In this document: positions 24,401 to 39,807 of the stretch, one piece after another
Position numbering within the stretch: the first letter of the stretch is position 1
Layout: each line of letters opens with the position of its first letter
Translations under genes and position numbers: made by a program
Notes under the pieces: generated by a model
What the model was told of the DNA's origin: nothing
The model's input: only the letters and a program-made list of their open reading frames with translations
The model's database searches: none
Assembly (NCBI RefSeq): GCF_022539665.2
Contig: NC_081331.1
Coordinates: forward strand, 14,074,001 to 14,138,000
Reading direction: 5' to 3'
Source of the DNA: Daphnia carinata
Lineage: Eukaryota
DNA: 64,000 bases

Positions 24401-27400
24401 ACGTCTCTTCGAGCCGTGAAAGTACCGCTGGCTGCTCTTTTATGATGAATTTTAATATTTATTACTTGAAAGGGCCACAGTGCAACGTTCTGCTAACCCA
24501 ATATCACAAGAAACGACTTCCAGAAAACTGTATGATAAATGAATTCACAATGAAATTAATCAGAATATTCAAGCGACGTAAAACAAGGATGACGACAAAG
24601 TCCGTTATGACTACATGATTGCCATTTCGACGGAGGAGTGTCCACACATATTTCTATAACGTCGCTAACGGTTACACCATCAATTTTTTTTTTTTTCGAA
24701 AATAGAACTCTGATGCTGCATTGAAAAAGGGTATAACAATAGACGTTTGGGTGTTGTCAATAACATTCTTTTTCCCATGTGCGTCTAATAACTTCTTTAT
24801 TTTTATGGCGCTCTTTCTTTTTCCTTCTTCCATGTTTCATCCGAGACCGTTAGAGATCCTACTACCCTACAGCTAAAGCTGAATGCTTTTTTCGTTATAT
24901 TTGGCAATTATATACATACAGTTACAAGACACGTCACATGAAGATGCCTATCTTTTGTTGAGCTCATCTCCTCCTCCGGCCTTTTTTTTTTCTTTTCGTG
25001 CTGTATAACAATTAGCAAAGATTCGATAAGAGGGTTCTTGTTAGCGTATATGTCGATCGTTAAAAAAAAAAACGAACGCCAAATGCGATTTCTTTTTTTT
25101 TTTGTTATTATTTTAAAAAAGACGAACACATTTCTTATAGTTGTTCGAAATGGTCGTAACGCTTAATATCTTTATACGGTTGCATGCATTCGCTGTGCGT
25201 ACAATGAAGGGCTTTCACCACTAAGACAAAGATAGCGGATCTGCAGACGTGTTATCGTGTCCCGCTGTTGCGTGACAAGACATGAGACTGTAACTGCTCG
25301 TCCTAACAAACCACTACTTTTCTACTGGCCCAAAAAGCTGGCACTCGCTCATCGTCGTGTACAAGTATCCCGGTTTTTCGTGAAATGGCAATTGAACTCG
25401 ACGTGGACGGACGTGGACGCCATCGACAGAAACCGGCCGAGGATGTTTAACGATTTAGTGTTACAACTCTTTTGTCTTGGCACTTTGCACGTCATTATGA
25501 TGGATGAGGCACGAACGCAAAAACACTTCGTCCATCACGTACGACTTTCACCTGTCAGCTGTCATTTAAAAAGAAGCGCGTAAGGCACGCGGACCGATGG
25601 ACGTTATCAACGAATATTCACCGTGCACTCGTCCTATTTTCCCTCAATATTCGCTTATATGTAAATGGCCAACCAACTTTTCTGTTCTTTTTTTTTTATT
25701 CGTATTTATTGCGGCCGAGGTTGGATATAGGTGGAATTTTTAAAAATGGCGCTTCTCTATGCTTCCTCACCTTAGTTCGATATTCTAGCCTACATATACA
25801 GCAGGTAAGTAGGATAGAATATAAATGACTATGGCTAAATAAATGGACATGACAGATGGCCGTGACACTCCTATATTCACTCGGTCTTCGTAGAGTAGTC
25901 TAACGGTATACACCATCACAACGCTTGGCCATCAACTCGATATTGCATTATCATAAAAAACGATTGCGGAATGTAGCCCATAAGAACTTGGACTGGACGG
26001 CGGTCGCCTGCGCGTATATAGGCATCGCCCACCAACACCCGTGAGCGGCCGTCGTTGACTATAATCATCAATTGACTACATTAAAATGACCTTAGGCTAT
26101 ACACAACCATAGCACAAGAGCATATATGAATCCGATTCACCGCATTTTTTGAACTGGACGTATTCACCAAGCGTTCACCAAAGAAAACGGAGCAATCATT
26201 CTTGTCATACATTTGTGGAAATCTCGTTCTTTTTTTGTTTATTCATTGTTCCAGTTCGGTATCTTCTGGTCTATTCGAACATAGAACAACAATTGTTCCC
26301 ATTTATCCGGAACTTGAAACATCTATCCCAGAAACTTCTTTTAAGTGACACGAAAAGATAAACTTTGTTTTCAAATTTAATACGTATTGTTCGCATTTCG
26401 ATTTTGGCCGGAAATAAACACCCAGCCCTTATAGTTTCCCATCCATATTTTTTATGTCTAGGATTTAAATTGAACAAAATGACTAGCCAGTCTAAACAAC
26501 GCCCATTTATTTGAAAGGTGAAAGTACTTGCAACAAATCTTGTCACTTTATTCTACCTTAATTTATTTCAAAAGAAAACTGGAACGCCATTCAATGAGCT
26601 CATGGATCGCAATATTTTTTCTCCAACAACAAAATGTTTTTCTTCCTACACCTACTTAAATTTCTCTGAAATTGTCCTTGAGCCTTGCAATACCTAAGTT
26701 CATACTTTGAACGAATTTTTGTTTCCTCCCCTCTTTTCAAAAACCTTAATGACTTGGGCGTTTCTTACCATGCCTCTTTGCGCCCACCTAATGGACTACA
26801 CGTGCGGAAATTTAATCATTCAGCATACGAATTAGTAGTTACACCTGTGGCCGGTTAAAGCCCATCATGTGCTTTTTATAGCAAATGTTAAGTAGAGAAA
26901 GTTCCTTTTAATTGCGTAGATTGAATCCGAAACAATGAAAAGTTTCGATTGTTCATTTTTTTTTGTCCGTGTTTTAAATAGCATGCTGAAAAAGAAATAG
27001 AGACTTGTGAGTTTCCTTGTTATTTTCTCCTTTTTCTTGTCTAAAAATTGAGTGCCGGAACAGCCAACAGGAATTGCGCTGGAAGGGAAAATATCGAAAG
27101 GCCTCAAGCATATCGTTATGCAGTTTGAAAAGTACGCGGTTCACGGCCATCCCGACTCTTTTTTTTTCCATATCGTCGAGACCTCACTTATTTTGCTGGA
27201 TGTGCTCCTAGACATATATTGCGTCGGAGTCTCGACTCCGCCTACAACCCTTTCGTCATAGGAAATAGCTCTGTGAAACTTGAGCTCAGTAGTTGCACTC
27301 GATCCCGACTGACCGGATCAACGAGATTTCCAGTGTGTCTCTCTCTCTTTTATCACCAGTGCTGACAAAAGAGACCGCTTCTCACGAAAAAAACAGCAGG

Positions 27401-30400
27401 TGAATATTATCCAACTGGAAAAGAGGAACGAAACTCGAAAGACCGCGACGTTTTATCCCGCTCGCTTCCGCCCCGCACGAACACCATCTTAGCGTTGATC
27501 GCGACCGTTAAAGATCGTGTCTACCGTCAACGTTTCAAGCCTTTTGGCCAGAAGCTCACCGAGTCTCGTTGGAATATTACAGCCAATACGGTAAGTCATT
27601 ATACGTTTTCGTTGTTTATTACTTGCCTTTCACGAGGTTATCAGTTACATAAACGTTGCCATTTCACCATTACTATCAATCATTTCTTTTTCTGGTCTGC
27701 AGTTAGGCTGTCTAACGTTTCATATTCAAATTTAATCGGTATGCAACATTTTCACGGTCGTTGTGTTGCGAGATGTCGGGAGTGAACAAACGCACGTAAC
27801 TGCTCGTCTTGCATTTTTCTTTCCCTTTCTACGTGCAAAGTCATTCACACGACGTAGAAACTGAAAAGCCTAACGTAGACGTCGTTTTATTTTTACAGCG
27901 TGTGTACACCGTCGTTCTAACTGTACACGATTCGATAGGGCAGAGACGGAAAAAGGGAAACCATTTGTTGAATGTAAAAACACGATGTCTAGAATTGTCG
28001 GCGTGATTTGTTGGAGCGCGAAAGGTAAAAATAAGAAATCAAAACTGCCGCTTGTTTAGAAAACGACTGCAACCAACGGTGACGAGAACGAACGGCCAAA
28101 TGAAAGGGAACTGCGAAGAAAAGCGAAACGGAACAATCACGTCAACCGCGTGCCGCTCATCCTCACACGTTCGAAGCCCGTTGTTCGTGTAAAAGAAGAA
28201 ACTGACAATAACACACGGGCAAGATCAAGGAAGAAGCTATTCTCCGAGACCTTCTAAGCCATAAACGAAAGAGGTGACCGTGAAAACTAAAGTAACGAGG
28301 GCTGCTACCATTTGAATGGTAATCGATGTAACGGGCACGTCGCAATTGAGCGTGGCTGTCGTGAAAAGAATGACGCAAACAACCAGGAACTACTTGAACA
28401 TTTAATCGTTTGATCGACGTCTATAGGAGAAGTTTGTTTGTACTTGATTGGCACTTGTAACTGTGCATGGAGATTCATCTGCATAGAGAAATGGAGTAGT
28501 TTTGCCCATGGCCATTCACTTTCGTATTTATCTCGCCTGCCTTGAGCTATTAGTTGAACAATTTAGACTCTGCGGGGTCAGGACGATGATTGTCTGGCTT
28601 CTTTTTTTTTCCTTACGATAATGACGCCCGTTCGAAAAGAGTTAAGCCTCGATTTTCAGGCGATTACCTTGTGAAAGATTTCCTGCAATTCTCTGCTCAC
28701 CAAGATCATGGCTCTTTCCGGTCGATGGTGTCTCTCTGTGCCGATAGAAGTGCCGCTTTTCGTACAATTTATTTCATTGTCGGTGAGTCTTTCTTATTGT
28801 TTGAATCAATGTACCTTATAAGACTTGAACCCATCGGACGAAAGGGAAGAATCCTGGGGCAAAACAACGACATCTGTAAGCTTACTAAAAATCTCTTCAA
28901 CCGTGATGATTCATATCGAGCATGCGCGCATATCGTACAATCACAGTGGCCGAGTTATGTGGTTTTGTCTGTCAGATGGTTTGGGGTCTCTTTCTTTTTC
29001 AGTTGTCCCTTTTGCTCTCTTCTTCATTCTTCATACGTCGTGGCGGAAGCACGCCAGAAATACCGGATGGACGGTAATGACTTGTGTGTTCCTGTTCTAT
29101 ACGTAACAGTCTGATTCCCTCGCTAACATCGGCCTACCACAGAAACCCTAAGACACACGACAGAGAAAATCATGGGAAAGAAAAAACAAAGTTGATGGAA
29201 ATGGGAACAAAGTTAATTTTTACTCTCTTTTCAAGGTGTGCCGTCGTTTATATCTCATTACATAGCGCTGCGTTATTTGCTGTTTGCCTTTCATATATTT
29301 AAAGTACTCATTATGCCTATTATGGATGAACGTGTCAGCCACAGTGTTTCCTCCTCTTTCCGGTTTAAATGTATTTGCCCTAAATAAATAGCGACAGGTA
29401 CACGATTGCCACGTCGGATGACTTATGCCCTTGTTCGTGGTCGCCACCGACTGTAGCACGAACTGTGCTGGCCTATTATCACGACTTCCGGACCAATAAG
29501 TGGTGCGTGCGCATTTATTCTATACTGTATAGTGGCACGAGCTGCAAAAAAGAAGACTATCAAACAATTTCAGAGAACGCAATTATTCACGGTCCACTAG
29601 CACACCCGAGTTTCCGAGGGGTCCACAGTCAGGTGAACGAGGAGAAAAATCAAGAGCAGACAACAGCAGTCTAGCGTCGACAATCTGTGTCTCACATTTG
29701 TATCCGATCCACCCCTCGGAATATTCACGGTCGAGTTGAAATAGGAGAAGATTAAACAAGAGAACGGTTACAACAACCGGAGAAGAATTAAATGTATATT
29801 TTTCAAATCGGGTTTATAGCATCTTTGTTCATCATAGGGGGTTCGATAAGCCTGCGGTGAATATTCCTATTTGATGTTGGCCTGTAGGCTCAGAGCTTCC
29901 AGATTGCTGTCTCTTGTTATATTCTTTTTCAAGGGCTAATACTTTTATAGTACCGTATAGCTTACGTGTTTCAGAGTGAATTTTAGATTTAAAAAAAAAA
30001 AAGAATGAAGAGGCAGGTTATAACGGTATCAGTTGATGGCTGGCGGTGGAGCATTTGAAGTCGTGCAAAGGGCTTAGTAAGGCCGTGATCCACAGGGAGC
30101 CGTATCCATTGCCGCCAGCAGTAAAAGTGTCCATGTTCATATTCAAAAACTATTTTTTTTTTTTTTTTTAACTCACCTCGAGAAATCGTTCATCACGCAT
30201 CGCTCGCGTGTTTTCAAACGTTACCTTTGGACGTTATTTTGGACGCCTTATAGCGCATCCACAAATGGGTTGATGATGATGTAACGATAGGACAGGGAGG
30301 GTCAAGAAAAGTTAAAGGTCAAGCTCATTTATTATAGACCTTTGTTTTGTTTAAATTCATCTCTGACATGCGTAACGGATCTTTTCTTCTACTTCCATAG

Positions 30401-31773
30401 TCCTATAGTTCGCTTTATACACGCGCTATTTAGCTGGACTGTGTGTATACAGGAGAAAACGGAGAGAAAATTGCGCCTTTCTCTCCCAATACTTTCTGTT
30501 TGTGGACATACAAAAAAAAGAGAATTGTTTTTTCGAGTGCGTCTGTGTGAAGGCCTTTGCGTTTTCATTTTTTGGCCAACACATTTCAACCGGAACCTGA
30601 TCGATCCATACACCTTATCTTAACCTATATAGAACAACACGCATGGTCGCTCTTTAGCTCTACATGTCACGTCGAGTGTGTATCTATCCCATTGTCCGTA
30701 CAGATATAGAGGTCTTTAAAGCTGTCATCATTACAGTGATGTATGGAATGAGATGCTGCGGCTGGCCGGAATAGTTGTTGATATATAAATCAAGCTTTCT
30801 CAGTTCGAGGGGGAACGGATGAAGAGGTTCAAACGAGAACAAACCCAAGGAAAAACAGAAACATTAGCGAGGATTAAAAGGAGAGCATTCATTTGGAGTT
30901 AATGTTCCGATTCTCACATTCGTTGACGATGGGAACCGATTAGAAACAAAATCCAAGAATCATATCCTACCGTAATTAAATGCTATCAAAAGTACATCTT
31001 ATTTCTCTTTTTCCTGTTTTCGTATGCACAGTCAAAAGAACAATGGACATTTTCTATTTTTTGCCACTTTTTCTTTTCTTTCCCTCATTTTCTCCAATTA
31101 GAAACACGCAAGAAAATTCAACAAAAAAAAAAAAAAGAGTATATTGGCTGTGATGGCCGTCGTCCACGATTTCATTGTGTTTTTTTTTTCTAAAACAAAA
31201 AAAAAAGGGGATCTCACAATTCACAAACTCTTCTTCCATTTTTCTCTCGCTTTCTTTAGTTTTCTCTGTTGTTTTGCGCGTCCAGCAAAGCGACGCGAGA
31301 AGAAGGAAAACAAAAGGAAGGAGAAACTGATGGACTAGATCGACGGAAACCTGACCCACCTGCAGTGAACACTATTACAATGTTATAGTCATTTGAAAGA
31401 CTTCGTCAGAACGTCCTGCTGCGAAAAGTATTTCGCGGTCTGGTTGCACGACCAACAGGATAAGAGTCTCTTCCCTCATCCATTTCCCTCTTTCCCTACC
31501 TGAGAAAGGACTATACACAACAAACGTGTCCAATAGGGAGGCAAAACAGTTGCAGGAAACGGTCGGCTTTCATCTTCCTTTTTTTTTCACGTCGTAAACA
31601 CGGCCGATATCCTCCTTTTTTTTGTGTGTGTGCTTGTCTTTTCCGCGCGTGGACAATAGTTTGCAACTGAGACGGCGGCATAGTGGGCCGGGCTCTTTCA
31701 AGAAGAGAAACCGCCCCAGCTGCTACTTCTATGCGGTACCTATATACCGACGCACTCTGTTCTGCTGTGTGTC

Positions 31774-31810
31774 TATAAAAGTGGAAAGCCGCTGGCTGGC
31801 CATTTCAGTC
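31774..31810 (+). promoter_or_regulatory. TATA + Inr core promoter of HGHG paralog 1
   Basis: TATAAAAGTGGAAAGCCGCTGGCTGGCCATTTCAGTC, nearly identical to 62526-62562. Probable non-coding first exon to about 32105. Confidence 0.7.
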
Positions 31811-33216
31811 TCTCGTCTTCCGTCTCCTGAGCCGCAGTGGGCTCTTAGTTCCAATTTCGATCCCATGTCGCATTGCAAAAAAGTGGTCAAGTGTTTGTTG
31901 ACATGAGCTTCTATTCCGTTGACCTCGTTTCTTGATTTATTTGAAGGTAGTCACAGTGTAGTTCTTTTTAAACGCAGGCGGCCGTCAACGCGATTTTGAA
32001 AGTGCCGAGCGGGGAAGAATCGAGAAACAATCAACAATCAAGACAAGGAGTTTGTCATTCAGTTGGCGGAGGCGGAATCGAAGCGCATCCGCCTCACACA
32101 TAGTGGTAGGTAAAAGAACAACTAAAACAGTTATGTCTTTAACGGGACACATCAAGACGAATCATTCAATTAAGAAAAGAAAAAAACGAAAGCTCAACGG
32201 AAAAGAATAGTGTTAAATAACTGACTTGACTCAACTGCCGTTGTGTTACTTTATCTATTTTATCTACCCGTATGCCGTACGTTTCTCTAATTGAAAATAG
32301 ATTACGACTGCCAATTGTAAAATTTAGCGTGCGTGACGAGTATCAAACTCTTTCTCAATTGCAACTCATTCTAAAAGCTCGCGGGAATGAGAGGAGCATA
32401 TTCCAATCGAAAGTTGAACCCCCAGATTTCCGTTTACAAAAATAATTTCTATGGTTAAGTGTTCCAGTGGTGTGTTTTACGCGCACAAACACCGAAGCGT
32501 TTTATTATAGCGCACATACAATGCGCCTCCGTGTGTCCCGATGCGCATTTTGCTTTCAATTGACGCTCGCTGAATTTCCCGGAACATGTCCAGATTTTAT
32601 TGATCCACTAAAAACCGAGCCGTTATGTAGAAAGCATTGAGGCAAAGGACCTTCATCCTTTTTCTTCTTGATTTTTTGACGATGCTTACGCAACGTTCCG
32701 TATTCGTTATTTTCCCCTTTCCTCTTGTTACAAGCCGTGAATGCGATGATTACACATTGATGCTGCTACAGCGCTTGTTGCTTCACCATCTGTCCGAGTC
32801 GTTTAACAAAGTTCCGGCAAGGTCTGATTATTGAATAGTGAACAATATTTTGACTGTTATAACGGTTTGTTTATTTTTTTAAATTGATTTCTTGTGTAAC
32901 AAATAAAATAAAAGGAGTGACTTGTGTTCTGATGTTGCAACAAGCACCCAGCTGGTTTTTAATGCTTATGGAGGGTGAATTGTTACCGCTGCAATAGTTC
33001 TCTAATCGAGGCTTGTGGTTCTCAACAGCAAAGAAAGAGTCATTTTTAAATTTTCCCCTTCTTTTTTTTTATGGGTTTGTGTGTTTCAGAGTCTGCAGAG
33101 AAATGGTGTCGTGTTCTACATCTCAATTATGGATGATAAGAAACAGAGGAAACACATCGGAAAGAGGACCGAGATTATCGAGATCGACGTCAGTCACCGC
33201 AACAAGACGGATTAAG

Positions 33217-36200
33217 ATGTTGGTGGTTGCGCAAACCGTGTTCCTCCTGGTCACTGGCGCCGGGCTACAGATGGTCTCTTCGGCACCCACACCTGCACAC
33301 AGCGACGGTACAATATTTTATAAAATGATTGCATCGTAATCGAATACCGTCACAAGTAACTAACAAAATTTAAATGGCTTTCATCGTTCAACTTCAGTTA
33401 CCGTTCTGCATTTCAAAATATCAGCCACGGTGCATAAAGGAGGAGCTAGATCCTTCGTTACGCTTATCTCAAAATTAATTTCATTGCATTCTGAAGATCC
33501 CGTTTATTAGAATGTTGAACTTTACGTTATGCTGTGCTGACCGTTTGATTGATTAGATCCTATTCGCTTTTTAGTTACCACCGTTGCTGGACAGGCTAAT
33601 GACAGTAGCCTATTAACGGAGGCCAAATTAATGGACATTGTTAGAGAAGAAGGAAACAAAAGCACAGCGATTCATCTCGGCCATGAATGGTGGAGAAAAG
33701 GAGAAGTTGAAGAACCGCCTGATATCCGTTCTCGCAACGATCGCCAGTATTTCACTAACTCCAAGACATCACCTGGACTCTACACGATCAACAAAAACGA
33801 TGTCCACCATGCAGGCACGCCATCTGCTTTATCTTCGTCCCAACCATCGATAATGGCAAGGACGAACACAACGAGGATCGTCAAAGAGGAAAATCTGGAG
33901 GACATGATTTTCAATATCGTCATTCAAAAAGAGCGGGCTGACAAATCGGCATTTATTGCGCCCGATGTCAATTGGCTGAGAGATTTGGTACCCAAGGTGG
34001 TCGACGTTGCCGACAAACCCGAGACACTCATCAAAGAAACAATAGTCAACGCCATAGATGGCGAACATGCCGTCGAAATCGAACAAATCAAAGACAGGCG
34101 ATTGTTTGTCAACGTCGTCAAGTCGGAAATCGGATCGGACGTCGAGGTGCCCGACATCCTCGCTCGACTCAGCAATCTAATGAAGACGGGCGGTCCAGCC
34201 GTCGAATCCATCCTCCTTGAAAGCAGAGACATTGCCGAGCCAGAGAACTCCATTTACGTCATCAACATCATCATTTTCAACATCGTCGTTTTAGAAGCTC
34301 CCGTCGAAAAGCCCGTCTTTGTCAAAGACAAGGTCAGCAACATCGAGCAAGACATTACCGAAGATTCTTATCTCGTAGCTCTGCGAGAATCGCAACAAAA
34401 TCGATTGGGTTCTTCTCCGATCGGTCGCCATAAAAACCCATCACCCGCCATCGCATTAGAAGACAATCAATCGAGGACTCCAGACTCTGCCATCGCAGAA
34501 GATTCTTACATTGTAGCTCTCAGAGAATCGCAAAAGAATCGCAATAAAAGCTCTTCTCCATCCATCCATCATCACCACCATCATGAAGAGAAGCATCCTC
34601 ACACTAGACCACATCATGTAGTCGTTGAAAAAGTATCAGACCAGCAATTCAACGGCCATTACCTGACCGAAGTACCGACGTACGCCTACGCTTCGACGGC
34701 CAGACCTTTGATGGCTATGGAGAAAGACTATCTACGTCGATTTACCATCAAACCAACCCAGCCATCGGTGGCGGTCGAACAGGGACAACCGATGGAAGAA
34801 CAAGAACAACCGATAGAAGAACAAGAACAGGATGAAGTGGACCAATCGGCGGCTGAGCAAGGACTGCTGACCAACGTTCAAGAACATTTGCCTACATTAC
34901 TAGTCGACCCGAATGCCAGCCTCGAGTTTGTTAATTTACCAACGGGGCCGTATTTTACTAATCCAAGTTTCGATGTTACGCAGATTGTCAGCACGGAACC
35001 TTCGTCGATTGAGAAACCGCCTGAGATCGAGGCCGTTGTTGTCGATGTTGCGCAGACGGCCGGCAACAATCATATACGAGTGACTACGAAGAAACCGGTA
35101 ACGAAGAAGCCGTTGATAGTCAGAGTGCCTGAAGCAGTGGGTGTCATGACTAATAAGGCTACTAATATCGTGCGGAATCGAATCAGGACAGTCGGTTTAT
35201 TCGGCATTCCCATGATGGTCGGGCTGGCCAGCACGGTCAACTCGTGGTTACCGACTGTGACGGCGTTAGGCCGCCGCAGAAGGAAGCGCTCAATCACGGA
35301 GGTGGACGATTGGCAAGACAATCATCGCCACACTAGCCGGGCTATTGAAGTCGCTCAAGTGCTGGCCCGCTTGATGGGCAAACGTTACACGGATGCGAGC
35401 AAAGAATCCCATCAACAGTCCGTTGTTGATAACCAGGAATATGGAGATCAAGAATGGTCCTCAGCATCGACGATGAATTCAAAGAATGAGGCTAGGGCTA
35501 ACCGACGGAAGTGGTTTCCCTTTCGACGGACGGGCAACACACGCGTGAATTCAGAGCGTCGCCCGAGCACCAGACGTGCGACGTTTGCAAGAAAAATGAA
35601 AGACCTAAAATCTAATACTCGAAAATACATGACGCCGTTGTTCTACACGACGTTTTTCGCCAACGAAGATTCGCCTAACGTGATGGAACATGATCAGTCC
35701 ATAACGAGTGAGCTGCAAAATGAAACTTTGGATGACGTGGAACCACAACAGGCCACAGAAGACGTCATGGAACATCGGGAAAATGTTGTAGAAGATCAAG
35801 AGGCCATAGAAAATGTTGTAGAAGATCAAGAGGCCATAGAAAATGTCATTGAACGTGCAGAGGTTGTAGAAGGCGTCATGGAACATCGGGAAGTCATAAA
35901 AGACGATGCGCAGAGCACAGATCCAATGACTAATTCAGCTGTGGGTCCTCCAGTCGAATACGACGACTACCAACCGGAAGAAGTGGAAACCAAAATGGCA
36001 GACAAAATCGATGATAACCCGGAAGAGGAGTTTTCGCAAATGTTTCCGGCTCTCAATCCACCTTCCGGCTTTGATTTCGACATTGTGTCCAACTTCGTCA
36101 GAGCCATGATGATGAACAACGAAGAGTACGACGACGGTCCGCCGGAAACGAGGGAAGAAGTCTTCTGGGTCAAAGAGGCTACCATTGTCAATACGACTCA

Positions 36201-38190
36201 GACGGTCAGCAGCAAACCACAGAAATTCGGCGGTTCCAGCATGTTGCTTTTGAAACCGAGCGGAGGACCAACTCGATTGACATCTAGCGGAATTAATGGC
36301 AGCACAGTGAGCGTCTTCTCGGCCGATCCGCTCATGCCCAACTACATCAACAACGAGAACGTGACCAACAGTCCAATCACTTACGTGTCCGTTAAATCAC
36401 CGACCAAAGTGACTTGGCTTGGAGTTGGTCCGCCCGATGTTATAACATCCAGCACGCAGTCCTCATCTTCAGCAGAAAATGATCCAACTGGTGAAATCAA
36501 CGATGAAATCCCTCTTGATTTACCACCCAGCGAAGTCGTTGGAGCCCCACTGCAATTTTACGACGAAGAAACGGACAACTACGTCTCGAAAGAAGTGCCG
36601 AGCATTCCAGGTCCTCCGACCGTTTCGTACTACACCGAACGAACGCCAAGTACCGATCGGACACCTAGCAATGATATCACATCAGAACAATCTTCAGTGA
36701 TCAAAATACAAGAGATAACTAAACCAGCCCGGCCAGTATCGACTGATCTTCGTCCAGGTCTCTCTTCATTGTTGCTCACCATCGCCAGTTTCAACCGGCC
36801 CAGACTTCCGCCGCCCGTTGAAGTGTCCAATAATGTTTCCACAATCAAATACACCATAGGACAAGGATTCGCAACGCAGCCGCAAAGTGAATACAACGGA
36901 GACACAACAGACAAGTACACTCACGGTCACGGCATCGTATCGAAGCCGGACGATGTATCTAAATACACCCACGGTCACGGCATTATCGTCACAAATGCTC
37001 CGACCTATGAGTTTAATTCGCAGGTCGGAGAATCTTCGCTCCTGTCCAGCTCGTCCGATAACAACAACGTCCTATCCAATTTAATCAAGGGGACGGGCGC
37101 TAGTGAAAATGATGGACCAACAACACCTACCCTGTTGGGCGAGACTAGCATTCAATTCGTCGGGATGTACGGTGGTACATCGGTGGACAGCACAGTCGGT
37201 CCTTTCACAGCGACGGGCATATCGGATAGCGAAGAATTAGACTCGACGTTGGATGATTTGATCACGCAATTGCAAGCGAACATGACGACCGGTTTAGTGT
37301 CGACAGACCGGCCATTGGGAGGCATCCATTTCACGAATACATCCACCGATATCGTCATCATCAACCCGTTCGTGACACCCAGTTCCGTCTTCCCGCAGTT
37401 GCAAGTGGAAGCCATCGAAGCTGAAGATGGCGACACGTTCGGTTCAATTGATGACACGGCCATCGATGCGGATGATACGATCGTCGTCGACGCCCAGGAT
37501 GGGGATCAACCAGACTCGGTGCCCAATGTTTCCAATCTAGCCAATCTCTTCTTTACCTCATCCGGAAGCAGCAGCTCTTCCGCTGGTTCTTCCGGCTCGT
37601 CTGGTGTCAGCAACGGAGGTGGTGGCGTCTCTGGTGATTCCGTTTCCTCTTCCACCGCAAACCCAATCGCTTTGTTCTACACTTTCGGATTGGCCGCTGT
37701 AGGCATTTTGGCCTTGACATTGCCATTATGGGTTCCGTTTGTGGTCGCCAAGATGAAACGCCGAACGTATGCGCCATCGAAGACCTATCCGGCCAGCAAG
37801 AAGAAGCCAACGTACGGCTATCCTTCATCACCACCCAAAAAGACATACGCAGAGCCACCTCCGAATCATTACCAAGACCTGGATGAAGAAGAATTATACG
37901 GCAATGAACATTACCTCGATCAACATCAAGTGGGCAGTGTTTTATCCCAACCACAATATCAGAGCACGACCATTGAAGATTTATACCGTCCTAGTGTGGG
38001 TGATGTCCTCAGCACCAATTCGGACGACCACTACATCTTCCGTGATTCGATAGCGCTCAATCCGGAGGACGACATGTTCCATAATCCTGGACCTCTTAGC
38101 TCTGAAACCATCTACGGCTCGCCGGCGCGTATTTATTTGAAAGCAAGACGTAAACGTTCCAGCAGATTCAAACGATCCAACAAGCGATAA
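33217..38190 (+). CDS. Large uncharacterised single-pass membrane protein (HGHG family paralog 1, about 1570 aa)
   Basis: join(33217..33307,33575..38190), phase-consistent; an in-frame upstream ATG at 33103 is possible. Signal peptide, His-rich tract, RRRRKR furin site (35272-35289), acidic/Ser-Thr region, two KYTHGHGI motifs, Ser/Gly stalk, TM (LFYTFGLAAVGILALTLPLWVPFVV), Tyr/Pro-rich tail. Confidence 0.85.
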
Positions 38191-39807
38191 AGTTTATTAA
38201 GAAATATGGCGTGTAAATAAGTTTATTGACGTGAGGATTCACGTCTTAGTCTCCTTCTACTATGACGTTGATTGTAATTAGCACATGAACGATAGCTTTA
38301 ACCCAACAATTCTAACTGCATCTCCAGTGAACCGAAGGGCTTCTGGTATTTTCATCAAATGTTTTATCTTTCAACGTTCCTCAAATGAACATTATACGTG
38401 GACATGTTGCGTATTCAGAAATGACAAGTCAAAGCCTAAACTCTGTTCTGAATGGATAATGGAACGCTAGGCTTGCACCTCAGATCACCAGGTATTTCAG
38501 TATAATAAGTCATAATATTATTGATTAACAAAATTGTCATTAAAAATTGCAGTTACTCCAAATCAGTCACGTCGAATGATGCTGTCCGGTGGCTGGGTTT
38601 CCTTCATAAAAACATCGCTAACTTCATGCTCATTTTCAGTGGACTTTGAATGTCCATCATTATCTGTACAACTTATGTTGGTAGCAATCACGATGATTGC
38701 TTACATCATACGCGTAGAAGGTGCGTGAATTTTATCTTACAATTATCGATTATTTTTACACTATTTTTTGTCTAAACTGCAGGTTTGGAATTATCGAGAT
38801 GATAATCAACACCATACACCACAAAATGTTGACTGTACAAATGACATTTCACGATTCGTGTCAATTGCTTTGCTCTTTTCTCGTCATCATAGTCCCGCAG
38901 AGAAAAGAAATAGTGGCATGAGACATTCTGAGACCTTCAAAGTTGTTTGGCAATTGCAAATCGCTGTGGTATTAGTTTAAAAGAATAAGCCATAGTTTAA
39001 CAACGTGCACTTAATTACCAAACCTAAGAAAGCTGCTCAGGTATTTACCACTGAAACTGCGCAGAGATCCGCGGACAAACACATTCCTGGAAATTACTTT
39101 TATTATACAATGTTCATGGTTTAAAATTACTGCTTTCAATTGTTGATTCGTTTAGAGTTTGATTCGTGTTAATTTTTTTTTTCGTCGGCGTGGCCTTTGT
39201 TTATTTTTATACAAAAAAAAATGTGCTTGGCCTGAAGTTTATATAGCTCCTATTCATGTATTTAATTGTATCATAAATTGTTATTCTTCTCGTTAAGTTT
39301 GACTTGGGCTTAAATTCGCTCTTTCCCGTTTCATTTGTTGCTGTTTTACGTCATTATATTCATATATGTAACCATATATTTTTCTAGCAAGCATTTCACC
39401 ACATATACCAGTCAGACCAATATAATATCAGCTTGTTATATTTGTTATTAATATCTGTCTAACACTAATACAGATGAAAGTCTCAGAATGAGCGTGTTTG
39501 TTTTTTAACTCAAAGCTCGCGTACTCCGAGTTAACCGATGAGGATTCTGTTTTCAAACCTTGTCTCTTCTATCTTCCAGAAGTCAATGAGTCTTTATTGC
39601 GTGATATTTTATACGGCTGAATATTTTGTTATTACTGAAAAAACGCACCAGACAACACCATTACACAGTTTTCAAAATCTACATGATCAACAGGAAAACC
39701 AATGGTTCTATCGGTATTGGCGTTCACATTTGGCTAAAACACATTAGCTTTTATCGAATACAAATTACAAATTTTATGCGTGAAATTTCCGTGAAAAAAT
39801 TGGGTTT

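Noticed and set aside
28590..29114. 174-aa ORF
   Set aside because: TTG start, no motif, composition typical of non-coding sequence.
30299..30321. Two nuclear-receptor half-sites (GGGTCA..AGGTCA)
   Set aside because: Hexamers expected by chance; unusual spacing; no paralog conservation seen.
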